From an uncultured Acidimicrobiales bacterium (GTDB taxonomy: Bacteria; Actinomycetota; Acidimicrobiia; Acidimicrobiales; UBA10347), in contig CALSSD010000005.1 in the NCBI GenBank assembly GCA_943788915.1, positions 372,001 through 436,000 of the forward strand: a stretch of DNA of 64,000 bases. Reading direction: 5' to 3'. Below the pieces are notes generated by a model. That model was not told where the DNA came from. It ran no database searches and saw only the letters and a list, made by a program, of their open reading frames with translations. The translations under genes were made by a program, and so were the position numbers. Shown here piece after piece: positions 19,911 to 30,167 of this stretch; the stretch's first letter is position 1; every line of letters begins with the position of its first letter.

Positions 19911-21647
19911 GTGGCCACACGCTGGATCGAGAACAATCAAACGAGCGAGAAGTTTCCGTTCTGGACCCGCGCCAATGTGGGCGAAGTACTCCCGAGGCCT
20001 CCGTCGCCGCTCGGGTGGGACTTGGTGTGGGAAAACGGAGTGCTCCCCGGTTGGCGCGACTGCGGCGTGCAACGTTTAGGTTTCGCCGAACATGAAGTGA
20101 GCCAGACCAGGCCCGAGGTCGTTGGCCTGTTCGGCGGTTACGCCTACCTCGGGGCCACGCTCAACCGTGTCTTCGGCCACCGAGCACCCGGTCTAACAGC
20201 GAGCACGATCGACGATGCGTACTTTGGCGATCACCCCGATGTTCCACCGATCACGATCCACGACTGGTGGGATGCGCCTGACACTGCCGAGTTCCTGGGC
20301 AATTGGATGGGTTGGGTGATGACCACCACCGAACAACCCGAGTTAGAGAGTGACCGAGACGTGGCCGAAGCGGCCCGAGCAGATCGACCCGATTACGGCT
20401 CGATGTCGGTGGCGGAACTAGCCGAGTTCGCCCATTCCAAAATTCCTGACCTGCGGCGAATGTTCAACCAGCACATTCACCAGAGCGCCTGCGCGACCAT
20501 CGGCCCCGGCGTGATCGGTGCCGTCGCCGAGGCAGTCGGAGACCCGACGTTAACCCTCAAGATCATCGGCGCAGTCGGTGGCGTCGATTCTGCCGCCCCG
20601 AGCTACGTCATGTGGGACCTTTCACGCACCGTCGCGGCGTCGCCCACACTGACTGCAATGTTCGAGGCCGGCACCGACACGTTCGCCGCCAGCCTGGCGG
20701 CCAGTGACCATGAAGACGCCGCAACGTTCGCCACAGCCATCGCCGATTTCCTTCAACGATTTGGCTCGCGCGGTCCAAATGAGTGGGACATCCACTCCCA
20801 TGTCTGGGAGACCAAGCCTGAGCTCGTGTTCGCTGCGATCGATCGGATGCGACTCACGGGTGATGACCAGTCGCCGTTGCGTCATCACGCCGAGCGTGAA
20901 CAAGAACGCGAAACCATCATCGCAGATCTCACTGAAGCACTTGCCGAGGACCCCGAGACACAGGGGCAGTTCCTCGCAGGCGTGTCATCGGCAGCGCGGT
21001 TCGTGCCCGGACGCGAGCGGTCAAAGACCTCGATCATCAAGGTCATCCACGAAGTGCGCATGGCAACGTGGGAGATAGGCAAACGTCTCGTTGCGGCGGG
21101 CGGCGCCGACGAGATCAATGATGTTTGTCTATTGTTCGCGGACGAACTCGATCAGGCTGTCTCCGACCCCCCGTGGGCTCGCACCACAATCACCCAGCGA
21201 CAAGCCCACTACGACCATCTGATGTCGCTTGAGCCGCCATTCATCTTCAACGGCGAGTGCCCGCCTATCGAAACATGGCCTCGCAAGGACGCCCGTTCGG
21301 TCGACATGCTTGCAGCAGGCGCTACGTTGCAAGGCGTTCCGGGTTCGTCAGGCACCTACCGCGGTGTTGCTCGCGTCGTATTGGACCCGGGTGACCCGAT
21401 GGCCCTCGATCCTGGCGACATTTTGGTGGCGCCCCACACCGACCCAGCATGGACGCCGCTTTTCGTGGCCGCCGGTGCCGTCGTCGTCGACGTCGGCGCC
21501 GCACTCAGTCACGCGATCATCGTCTGTCGCGAACTCGGTCTGCCCTGTGTTGTGTCGGTGACCGACGCTACCAAGAGCATCCCAGACGGGGCAGAGATCG
21601 AAGTCGACGGCAACACCGGCGCTGTCACCATCATCTCGACCCCCTGA
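19911..21647 (+). CDS. Second PEP-utilising enzyme (RPH/PpsA-like plus His domain), no ATP-grasp domain
   Basis: WTRANVGEVLP.PPSPLG, FGSRGPNEW, TDPAWTPLF and LSHAIIVCRELGLPCVV; colinear paralogue of 10468-12210; RBS aggag upstream. Confidence 0.85.
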   Translation: MATRWIENNQTSEKFPFWTRANVGEVLPRPPSPLGWDLVWENGVLPGWRDCGVQRLGFAEHEVSQTRPEVVGLFGGYAYLGATLNRVFGHRAPGLTASTIDDAYFGDHPDVPPITIHDWWDAPDTAEFLGNWMGWVMTTTEQPELESDRDVAEAARADRPDYGSMSVAELAEFAHSKIPDLRRMFNQHIHQSACATIGPGVIGAVAEAVGDPTLTLKIIGAVGGVDSAAPSYVMWDLSRTVAASPTLTAMFEAGTDTFAASLAASDHEDAATFATAIADFLQRFGSRGPNEWDIHSHVWETKPELVFAAIDRMRLTGDDQSPLRHHAEREQERETIIADLTEALAEDPETQGQFLAGVSSAARFVPGRERSKTSIIKVIHEVRMATWEIGKRLVAAGGADEINDVCLLFADELDQAVSDPPWARTTITQRQAHYDHLMSLEPPFIFNGECPPIETWPRKDARSVDMLAAGATLQGVPGSSGTYRGVARVVLDPGDPMALDPGDILVAPHTDPAWTPLFVAAGAVVVDVGAALSHAIIVCRELGLPCVVSVTDATKSIPDGAEIEVDGNTGAVTIISTP

Positions 21648-21960
21648 TGCCGCATTGACGAAGTTCTGGGTCGGTGCCTAGCTGCTTGGTGGACTCTAAG
21701 CACTGCGGTGGCGTCGGGCAAGAAGACATCGTCGGGTTTGTCTCTGGCATAAGCCAACCTAAGACGATCGTTGCACATCGGTGAGCCAACCATCGCGCAG
21801 CGCAACGATGTTCTTCGGTCATACGTTCTCTGGTCGTACTGGCCAGTCGTCTCACTTCCAGCGGCTAGCCAGTCGGTGATGACTTGACCTCGGCCGTCCC
21901 TGACGTATTGTCTGGCGTGCACAACTTCCGCGTCGATACCCACCACATCGACCTCACCGC

Positions 21961-23181
21961 ATGACGCACGGAGCCGAAGCTGCCACATCGGGGAGCGAAC
22001 TCGCGGACCCAACCAGCCGAAGGCCATTGCGAAACTTTGTGCTCGTATCGACCATGGTGTCGACCGCGTATCTGATCTTCATCGTGTCGGTGCTGGCGAG
22101 CACCTTCATCGAAGAGTTCAACCTGAGTCGGTTCGAGCTAGGTCTCATCGGCTCGTTGAACACTGCCGTTGGAGCGATCACGGCACCAGCGACGGGGCGG
22201 TTAACCGACCGAATCGGGCCGCGGCTTTCCAGTGTGACCGCCCAACTCATTGCCGCATTCGGACTGGCACTGGTAGCGCTTTCACAATCGGTGATCATGC
22301 TCATCATCGCGGCATGCATCCTGGGCCTCCCTCAGGGCTGGGGTAACCCAACGACCAATGCACTGATCGCCGAGCGCGTCGAACCAGGCCGACGCGGCAC
22401 CATCACCGGCATCAAACAAAGCGGTGTCACGCTCGGCGTCTTCTTGGCCGGACTCACGCTCCCAAGCCTGGCCGAAGCACTGGGCTGGCGCTGGGCCGTC
22501 GGCCTTTACGCAGCCGCCTTCGCAGTGATCGGCCTAGTGCCATTGCTCTTGCCAGCGCACGTTGCCCCCTTCACCACCACCGATGCAACAACCGCCGATG
22601 TCGAGTCCAAGCCCTACAACCAACGAGCCGTGTGGCTGATCGCGCTGTACGCATTTCTTATGGGGACTTCGGGCGGCGCCATCAGCCGATTCCTCGCACT
22701 TTTCGCCGAAGAAGAGGCCGGGCTTTCCAAGTCGACGGCTGGACTTGTCGTTGCCTTGACAGGCATCGGTGGCATGGCTGCCCGTATCGGCGCAGGCAAA
22801 CTTGCCGAGAAGCGGGTTGCGCCGCTCAAGTTGTTGTCGATCCTGGCCCTCATCGGCACCACCGTGTCGATGCTGCTTATGCTCACGCTCGAGGGTGGTG
22901 CATGGTTGTTGTGGCCTGTCGCTGCGCTCTTCGCCATCGGTCATACCGCTTGGAACGCCGTTGCCATGCTTGCAATCATTCTGGGTGTGCCCAAGGCTCA
23001 CGCCGGTCGAGCTTCAGGAGCCGTGATGGTGGGCTTCCTTGGCGGTCTAGCCGTCGGCGCTCCCCTTGCCGGACTCACGATCGACGCGACCGACAGCTAT
23101 CAGCCGGTTTGGGTCGCCACGCTGGTGTTGGCTGCGGTGGCAGCAATGGTGGCCGAGTTCGCCCGCCGTACCGCTACCTGA
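21961..23181 (+). CDS. MFS transporter
   Basis: About 12 TM segments; GRLTDRIGPR motif A. Confidence 0.9.
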   Translation: MTHGAEAATSGSELADPTSRRPLRNFVLVSTMVSTAYLIFIVSVLASTFIEEFNLSRFELGLIGSLNTAVGAITAPATGRLTDRIGPRLSSVTAQLIAAFGLALVALSQSVIMLIIAACILGLPQGWGNPTTNALIAERVEPGRRGTITGIKQSGVTLGVFLAGLTLPSLAEALGWRWAVGLYAAAFAVIGLVPLLLPAHVAPFTTTDATTADVESKPYNQRAVWLIALYAFLMGTSGGAISRFLALFAEEEAGLSKSTAGLVVALTGIGGMAARIGAGKLAEKRVAPLKLLSILALIGTTVSMLLMLTLEGGAWLLWPVAALFAIGHTAWNAVAMLAIILGVPKAHAGRASGAVMVGFLGGLAVGAPLAGLTIDATDSYQPVWVATLVLAAVAAMVAEFARRTAT

Positions 23182-23249
23182 TTGGCCCGAGCCGAGCGAA
23201 CGCCGCGGTCGCCATAGACTGGCGCGATCCAAACAAGAGCGGTTACCTA

Positions 23250-24092
23250 GTGAAAACGATTCGTCGCAGTATCGAACTGATGAAGCAGAGCTGGGCGGTC
23301 CTCAAGCATGACCGCGAACTCATCTGGCTTCCCGTGATCTCTGCCCTCGTGGCCGGCATCGTTGCCGCAATCATTCTGATCCCGGTTGGGTTGTCCCAAG
23401 ACTGGGACGCCGTATCCGGAACCGGCGAGTCTGCGTCACAACAAGTTGGAGGTGGTGTCTATCTCGCCATAGCTGGACTCACCTTGGCCCTTGCATTCAT
23501 CTCGATCTTCTTCCGGGCCGCACTCGTATCTGGCGCCCATGAACGGATGATGGGTGGAGATCCGACCGTGCGCAGTGCAATCGCAGGCGCACTCGAACGT
23601 CTGCCCAAACTGTTCGGTTGGGCAGTCATCACTACGATTGTCGGTTCGATTTTGCGAGCTATGGAACAACGTGCCGGACTTCTAGGCCGCATCGTGGTCA
23701 ACATGGTGGGTATGGCATGGGCCGTCACCACGTTCTTGGTGATTCCGGTCATCGTGATTGAGAACTCCGGGGCCGTCGACTCGACGAAACGTTCGGTGGC
23801 TCTGTTCCGTCACACCTGGGGCGAGAACCTGTCGGCCCAGGTCGGCTTCGGTCTCATCGGTTTCCTGGCATTCATCCCGATCGTCATCCTTGCTGCAATC
23901 GGAGCGACGATCGGCACCCTGCTCGGTTTCGTCCTTATCGCCGTTGCAGTCATGGCGGGCATCGCCTTGATCACGGTGCTCAGCGCATTGGGTGCCATCT
24001 TCCAGACCGCTCTCTACCACTACGCCGTAGGCACTGAGCTCGCTGCCGAGCTCGATGCAACCATGCTGCGCGATTCCTTCGCCCGCAAGTAA
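23250..24092 (+). CDS. Conserved membrane protein (DUF6159-like)
   Basis: SIELMKQSWAVLKHDREL, TFLVIPVIVIE and KRSVALFRHTWGENL; start moved to GTG 23250. Confidence 0.72.
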   Translation: MKTIRRSIELMKQSWAVLKHDRELIWLPVISALVAGIVAAIILIPVGLSQDWDAVSGTGESASQQVGGGVYLAIAGLTLALAFISIFFRAALVSGAHERMMGGDPTVRSAIAGALERLPKLFGWAVITTIVGSILRAMEQRAGLLGRIVVNMVGMAWAVTTFLVIPVIVIENSGAVDSTKRSVALFRHTWGENLSAQVGFGLIGFLAFIPIVILAAIGATIGTLLGFVLIAVAVMAGIALITVLSALGAIFQTALYHYAVGTELAAELDATMLRDSFARK

Positions 24093-24200
24093 TCAACCAC
24101 CCCGGCGGCTGCATACGTCCATGCGTCGTACATCTACCACACAAGGCAGACGCTGCACGGCTCCTCCTCGCGGGGCAACGCCGCCGATCGCTCGCCGCTC

Positions 24201-24242
24201 GGTCCTTCGGCGCTGGTCCTTCGGTGCTGGTCCTTCGGTGCT
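24201..24242. repeat. 14-bp tandem repeat x3 (ggtccttcggYgct)
   Basis: Read directly; lies between convergent genes. Confidence 0.85.
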
Positions 24243-24320
24243 GATGGTCGGTTGCCTACCGACCATCAACGGGTGACACCGACGGGGATCGACCATCGAG
24301 AAGAGCTGCCAGCTTGCCGA

Positions 24321-25739
24321 CTACGCCAAGAGCGCCTCACCCATCGACCGCAGCTTGGCTCGTTGGATCTTGACGCCGTTGGGACCGTCGGTTACTGGGA
24401 ACGCGTCGATGGCGACCACCCGAACCGGGCATTTGAAACGAGCCAAGGATGCAGCACAGTGGTCGATGACAACCTGCTCGTCGAGGTCGGCACCCGGCGA
24501 CAAGATGACGAAGGCAACCGGACGGGCGCCTTGCTCTCGGCCGACCGCAACGACCTGGGCCTGATCGATCTCCTCACGTTGCATGATCACACCTTCGACC
24601 TCGGCTGGCGCCACCAGGAAGCCGCCCAGTCTCATGACGTCGCCGATGCGCGTGATGTATTCGAAGCTACGCGGGCCGTCTTCGACCGCGAGGTCACCTG
24701 TCTTGAACCATGGGCCGTCGAAGTTCGCTGCCGTCAGTTCGACATCGATCTCGTCGCCACCGTCGGCCAGATAACCCTCGAACAGGCTCGGGCCCTGCAG
24801 TTGGAGTTCATCGTCGACCACCCTGCGCTCGGCGCGAGGTGAAACCAACTCGCCAGCGGCCTTCCATCGTTGCTCCATGGGTAAGCCCGATGCACCCCGA
24901 AACGCATAGAGCGCCTGCACTTCACTCATGCCGTACAGGCCAGACAGCGGTACGCCCCGGGCCTCGCATCGTTCGACGATGCCATCAAGGGCACTGTTAA
25001 ACCGGGCGTATCCGGAACAGTTGATTGTCGACAGATCCCAGTCCGTCGCCAGTAGCCGATGAAACAAGTCATCGCTTCCGTGCAGCGATGTGACCCTGTG
25101 CTCCGCTACCAGGCGTCCCGCCTCTTCGGCTTCGAACGCTGTCGGCATGATCACCTTGGCATGGCCTGCCAACGCACCCCAGAGAACGGTGAACCCAAAG
25201 ACGCCACAAAGCGGTAGCGGCACCAGCACTGAGGACTCGGCGTTGTAGCCGAACGCGGCCGCCACATCTGCTCCGTGTGCAGCGATCGACCGTTGTTGGT
25301 GCACCACCAACTTGGGTGCACTGGTGGTGCCCGATGTCGTGAAGATTGCGTAGCGGTCGTCGGCGCTTGCGTCCGGAAAGTTGCGTTGGTCAGCGGAGAC
25401 TTCCGGGAGATCATCGGCGCTACGGATCACGAGCCGAGCACCGGATCGTTCGATGATTGAGTCGGCCAGAGCCGGAGCAAACCGTGCGTTCACCGACATG
25501 ACCACGAAACCACCGATTGCGGCGGCCGCAAGCAGGTCGACGTAGAGCGGACTGTTGTGCATCTGCACCGCGATGCGATCGCCTCGTTGCAGACCCGCAG
25601 CAGCGAAGTCCGCAGCCAGCCGTTGACCCGCCTCGAGAACCTGACCACAGGTGCGTTCGTTTCCTTGTGCATCGACGATCACCGATGTCGACTGGCGGAG
25701 CAGCTCTACAATCGTGTCGGCATAGACGACGTCAGTCAT
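24321..25739 (-). CDS. AMP-binding acyl-CoA synthetase
   Basis: FTTSGTTSAPK, YGMSE, WFKTGD and GVKIQRAKL motifs. Confidence 0.9.
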   Translation of the reverse strand: MTDVVYADTIVELLRQSTSVIVDAQGNERTCGQVLEAGQRLAADFAAAGLQRGDRIAVQMHNSPLYVDLLAAAAIGGFVVMSVNARFAPALADSIIERSGARLVIRSADDLPEVSADQRNFPDASADDRYAIFTTSGTTSAPKLVVHQQRSIAAHGADVAAAFGYNAESSVLVPLPLCGVFGFTVLWGALAGHAKVIMPTAFEAEEAGRLVAEHRVTSLHGSDDLFHRLLATDWDLSTINCSGYARFNSALDGIVERCEARGVPLSGLYGMSEVQALYAFRGASGLPMEQRWKAAGELVSPRAERRVVDDELQLQGPSLFEGYLADGGDEIDVELTAANFDGPWFKTGDLAVEDGPRSFEYITRIGDVMRLGGFLVAPAEVEGVIMQREEIDQAQVVAVGREQGARPVAFVILSPGADLDEQVVIDHCAASLARFKCPVRVVAIDAFPVTDGPNGVKIQRAKLRSMGEALLA

Positions 25740-25818
25740 GTCGTCTCCCCCGATCTGTGAGTCCCATACCGGGTATACCGCGCATACCGCGGCCTCGCGC
25801 TCATAGATGCTGGCGCGG

Positions 25819-26907
25819 TCATGCGGTGGCCTCGGCCAGGGCGGGAATGATGCGTTCGCCCACGGTGCGTATGACCTCGTATCGAGGTTCGAGTGGTGGA
25901 AGCAACATCATCTGGTCAACGCCAGCCTGCTCAAGGCCGAGCAGTCGTTCCACGATCACGTCCTCGGTTCCGACAAGACACGAAGACTCGATCAACGCCT
26001 TGGTCACGAATCGCTCTTCTTCTGGAACGACCCAGCAGTTGTGCCCCGCGTGAACTCGTTGGTGACGGACCGCTTCGGGAACCTGCTCGAGCACAGCGGT
26101 GTAGTCGTCCCACACCTCGAGCACCGCTGGGTTGCGGGGTAACCGGCCAAAGTTTCGCCACTGGTCGTAGCTGTAGTGCAAACTGGCAATAGCGAATGCC
26201 CCGCACAAGTGCCGCACCCGATCAGAGTCTGTTGCCTCGCCCGGTTCGAGCACGACGATCGTGTTCAGTGTCGTGGCTGGGAAGGACATTCGGTCGACCT
26301 GGCGACCGGCTTCGGCCGCACCTCGCTCGACACCGCGCCACAGCCCCTCGGCCAACGCGGGATCTGGCGGAACCGAGAGTACGAGACCGTCGCCATGTTT
26401 GCCAGCAAGCGCCAACGACTTCGGACCAAAACCAGACACATACATAGGGATCGGATCTTCGAAGTTCACGAAGCCCGCGTCGGGCATGATGTGGCGCACC
26501 GGGGATGTCTTACCTCGCCATTCGACCATCGCCTCCTCGCCAGCAAGCAAGGGCTTGAGCTCGGTCAGGTACTGATCAAACTGGGCGATCGTCATTGGTT
26601 TGTGGCCCATAATACGCATTGCGGTGTTGCCGGTACCGATGCCGCAAAACGTGCGTCCGGGCGCAATCTGATTGATCGTGGCCATCGACGCTGCTGTCAC
26701 CGGCGCTGGCCGTGTGGCGGCGACCGACACGCCAGTTCCAATCTTGATCGTCGACGTGCGATCCGCTGCGAGCGCTGCGGTTGCGTACGCATCACTCCAG
26801 ATCATCTGACTGTCAGCGAACCAGGCGTGGGTGAAACCCAACCGTTCTGCCTCGACGACATAATCGATGTCGTCGATCTTGCTTGCCACACAAATTCCAA
26901 GCTTCAT
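25819..26907 (-). CDS. LLM-class flavin/F420-dependent oxidoreductase
   Basis: AERLGFTHAWFADSQ, IKIGTGV, GRTFCGIGTG and GPKSLALAGKHGDG; start ATG 26907. Confidence 0.88.
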   Translation of the reverse strand: MKLGICVASKIDDIDYVVEAERLGFTHAWFADSQMIWSDAYATAALAADRTSTIKIGTGVSVAATRPAPVTAASMATINQIAPGRTFCGIGTGNTAMRIMGHKPMTIAQFDQYLTELKPLLAGEEAMVEWRGKTSPVRHIMPDAGFVNFEDPIPMYVSGFGPKSLALAGKHGDGLVLSVPPDPALAEGLWRGVERGAAEAGRQVDRMSFPATTLNTIVVLEPGEATDSDRVRHLCGAFAIASLHYSYDQWRNFGRLPRNPAVLEVWDDYTAVLEQVPEAVRHQRVHAGHNCWVVPEEERFVTKALIESSCLVGTEDVIVERLLGLEQAGVDQMMLLPPLEPRYEVIRTVGERIIPALAEATA

Positions 26908-27118
26908 CCCTTGATCTTGCCAGCCCGCCAGAACCGCCAGCGAATTGTGATCTCCATAGGGGTCAACAATTGGATGAGCAATGAGGTGCGACGTGGCAGC
27001 CAAAGGAACTCGATGGCGACGACCTGGCGTTGCGTCATTGCAGCCTCGACCGTAAACATGAGTGCGTCGCCGTTGCCACCGCCCGCAGCTAACGCCGGCT
27101 GATCCGGAGCGGTTTCAT

Positions 27119-27151
27119 GAAATGTTACGTCCCCTGGGGACGTAACATTTC
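27119..27151. promoter_or_regulatory. Perfect 33-bp palindrome (candidate operator or hairpin)
   Basis: gaaatgttacgtcccc-t-ggggacgtaacatttc: two 16-bp arms with a 1-nt centre, between divergent genes. The function is inferred. Confidence 0.6.
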
Positions 27152-27173
27152 GCTGAACGAAGGAAGGCTGACG

Positions 27174-27878
27174 ATGGCGAAGCCGCGCAGTGTTGACCTG
27201 AGCAATCCATTTCTCGACAACCTCGAAGGTGTGTGCGAGTTGCTGCTCGTGCGTCATGGTGAGCAGCAATACAAACGAGGAATGACGATCGCCGCTAGCG
27301 TCAATCCTCCCCTGTCTGAGCTTGGCCAACAACAGGCCGCAGCGGTTGGTGCCCGACTGGCCGACCGTGACATCGACATCGTGTATGCCTCGCCGCTGAC
27401 CCGAGCGTTCGACACTGGCCAAGCCATTGCGCAGCATCACGGTCTCACGCCAGTCGTCGACGACGATCTGCAAGAGGTCGACCTATGGGGCAAGGTTGAT
27501 CAGAACAAGTCGCTCAAGGACAATCTGCCCGACGACGAGATCCGGACAATCTTCCGCGAGTCACAGCGCACCCAAAGCTGGGATGCCTATGTCTATGGCA
27601 ATGGTGCCCAAACATTTCGTGATCGGGTGCACACCACGATTGAACGTATCGCTGCAGAACACGTTGGCCAACGGGTTGTCATCGCCTGCCATGGCGGCGT
27701 GATCGGCACCTATCTTTCCCAGCTCTGGGGTGCCGACATGGACATCGTTTGCCATGTACACCACACCTCGCTCACGACCGTGCGAGCAATGGACCATTAC
27801 CGACGCGTTGTTGCGGTGAATGACTTCACCCATGTGTTGCCGTTCCAGAAGTCGATCAACAAGCTCAACGCCAATTAG
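27174..27878 (+). CDS. Histidine phosphatase (phosphoglycerate mutase-like)
   Basis: LLVRHGE, SPLTRA and CHGGVI motifs; RBS aggaagg. Confidence 0.9.
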   Translation: MAKPRSVDLSNPFLDNLEGVCELLLVRHGEQQYKRGMTIAASVNPPLSELGQQQAAAVGARLADRDIDIVYASPLTRAFDTGQAIAQHHGLTPVVDDDLQEVDLWGKVDQNKSLKDNLPDDEIRTIFRESQRTQSWDAYVYGNGAQTFRDRVHTTIERIAAEHVGQRVVIACHGGVIGTYLSQLWGADMDIVCHVHHTSLTTVRAMDHYRRVVAVNDFTHVLPFQKSINKLNAN

Positions 27879-28033
27879 GCCCGGCGTCGCCCTTGTCTTC
27901 TTGCTTCGCTGCGAAGACTGCGTTGGCACGCAGCACGATCTCGGCCCAACGTTGACACGCAGCACGAGCCCGCATCTGAGCGAGATATCCGGAGCCTTGG
28001 GCTACGTGCCGTTTTGATCACTACTCTCGTGCC

Positions 28034-29605
28034 GTGGCACTACTGACACGAGGGTTCGCAGAAGAGCGCAGCAACGAATTGGCCTTGGCCGACGACGTTG
28101 CCGAAATGACGTGGGCAGAGCTCGATATCGCGGTGAACCGCGCCCTGAACGCGCTTGCTGATCTGGGCATCGGCGCCGGCGACACCGTGGCCATCGTTGC
28201 TGGCAACTGCAACGAATGGTTCATCCTTTCGCTGGCCTGCGGCCACTCAGGCATCACCTTCGTGCCGGTGAACTGGCACCTCGTAGCTCCGGAGCTCGCC
28301 TACATATTCGGCGACTCCGATGCCAAGGCGGTGTTTGTCGGGCACCACTATGCCGACGTCGTGCATGCTGCGCTCGCCGATGAACGCTGCAGCAACATCG
28401 AGCACGCCGTCGTCTTCAGAAATCCAGAGACCAACGCAAGTGACGACAGGTTCAAAGACTTCAACGCGCTGCTGGCCGCGGCCGAGGTCAGCGAGCCCGA
28501 GAAACAACTCATGGGCGGACCCATGTTCTACACGTCCGGTACCACTGGACACCCGAAAGGCGTACGCGGCTCACTGACCTCGGTAGGCGACGATGTTGGC
28601 GCGGAGATCTGGCAACTCGTCGGCGCAGGTTTCGCGTCACTCATGACCGTTCCGGGGGTAACCGTGCTTTGTGGTCCGGTCTACCACTCAGCCCAATGGG
28701 CATTCTCGTGGCTTCCGATGATTGCGGGCTCAGCCGTGGTGATGCAGCACAAGTACGACAGTGCCGGCGTACTCGACCTGATCGACCACCATCAGGCAAC
28801 AAACATCCACCTTGTTCCGACCCAGATGAAGCGACTCATCGATCTGCCCGACGCGGTGAAGTCTTCGTTCGACGGTTCATCGCTCGACATAGTGCTGCAC
28901 GGCGCAGCGCCGTGTCCTCCGGTGGTCAAGCGATCCCTCATCGAGTGGTGGGGTCCAAAGATCAGCGAGTACTACGGCTCGACCGAAGGTTCGGTCGTGT
29001 CCATGGTCGACAGCGAACAATGGCTCGCCAAAGGCGGAAGCGTCGGTCCGGCCATGCCGAATATCGAGATCATGATCATCGGCGACGATGGCCAGCCATG
29101 CGCCACCAACGAGTCCGGAACGATTTACTTCCGCAATCAGATGGGCAATGACTTCGCATATCACAAGGCGCCGGAGAAGACCGCCGAGGTACACCTCGAA
29201 CCCGGCGTAGCTACCAGCGGCGATGTTGGCTACCTCGACGAGGATGGTTTCCTGTGGCTATCAGATCGCAAGATCGACATGATCATCAGCGGTGGTGTCA
29301 ACATCTATCCAGCCGAGATCGAAGGTGTCATCGGCGGCCACGGCGACGTGGCCGATGTGACCGTCATTGGTGTGCCAAACGACGAATATGGCGAAGAGGT
29401 CAAGGCCGTGGTCGTAGCAAACGAGGGTGTCGATGCCGAAGCACTCGGCGACACACTGCGAGCGTTCTGCCGCGAACAGCTTGCGAGTTACAAGGTGCCC
29501 CGCTCGATCGACTTCGTCGAGGCTCTGCCGAGAACTGGCACCGGCAAGGTCCAGAAGCGCAAGCTACGCGAGGAATACTGGGCCGGCCACGAACGCGCCA
29601 TGTAG
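28034..29605 (+). CDS. AMP-binding acyl-CoA synthetase
   Basis: YTSGTTGHPKG, EYYGSTE, SGDVG and DMIISGGVNIYPAEIE motifs. Confidence 0.93.
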   Translation: MALLTRGFAEERSNELALADDVAEMTWAELDIAVNRALNALADLGIGAGDTVAIVAGNCNEWFILSLACGHSGITFVPVNWHLVAPELAYIFGDSDAKAVFVGHHYADVVHAALADERCSNIEHAVVFRNPETNASDDRFKDFNALLAAAEVSEPEKQLMGGPMFYTSGTTGHPKGVRGSLTSVGDDVGAEIWQLVGAGFASLMTVPGVTVLCGPVYHSAQWAFSWLPMIAGSAVVMQHKYDSAGVLDLIDHHQATNIHLVPTQMKRLIDLPDAVKSSFDGSSLDIVLHGAAPCPPVVKRSLIEWWGPKISEYYGSTEGSVVSMVDSEQWLAKGGSVGPAMPNIEIMIIGDDGQPCATNESGTIYFRNQMGNDFAYHKAPEKTAEVHLEPGVATSGDVGYLDEDGFLWLSDRKIDMIISGGVNIYPAEIEGVIGGHGDVADVTVIGVPNDEYGEEVKAVVVANEGVDAEALGDTLRAFCREQLASYKVPRSIDFVEALPRTGTGKVQKRKLREEYWAGHERAM

Positions 29606-29772
29606 CCCGAAAGAAGCGACGAACTGACGGCAACGTATACCGACAGTTGTGCCGCTCGTATCACCGGTTGGTAGCCCTCGCCCCGATAGCGGATAGTCCG
29701 CGGTTGCGCCGCGTCGCTGCTTGAGATGCGTCAGTCGGCGGTTCGGTCCAGCTGCCTACACTTAAGGCTGTT

Positions 29773-29967
29773 ATGGCCAAGACACCTCGGAAGCTCAAGA
29801 AGGCTCGAGCCCGTCACGCTCAGTCATGTGAAGGCAAACAACCGCACAAGTCCAAGCGCGAGGCCCAGGACGTCGCCAAGAAACTGCGAGCCGAACGTGG
29901 CCGACGAGGGCTGCAGGCCTACAACTGCCAAACCTGCGGCAAGTGGCACCTCGGCAACAAACCCTGA
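29773..29967 (+). CDS. Small basic putative Zn-binding protein
   Basis: C-x2-K...S-x2-EA...YNCQTCGKWH; fills an intergenic gap. Confidence 0.7.
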   Translation: MAKTPRKLKKARARHAQSCEGKQPHKSKREAQDVAKKLRAERGRRGLQAYNCQTCGKWHLGNKP

Positions 29968-30167
29968 GCTGCTCATCGAGCGACGTCGCAGCGTCTAGGC
30001 GGGCCCCGACGGGTGTGACCCGACATCGGTTGGCCGAGGACATCACAAGTGAAGCCCGTACATACTGAAACCCTCAACCGCCCACGACGGATACGTTGAG
30101 TAGTGGGTAATTGTGAACGTCACCAGTGAAGCTCTGAACCAACCGCTGCTACAGCGCCTCGATTGAG

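Noticed and set aside
22632..23249. N-terminal 200 aa of the 486-aa ORF
   Set aside because: Overlaps the MFS gene out of frame; the protein-like sequence starts near 23250.
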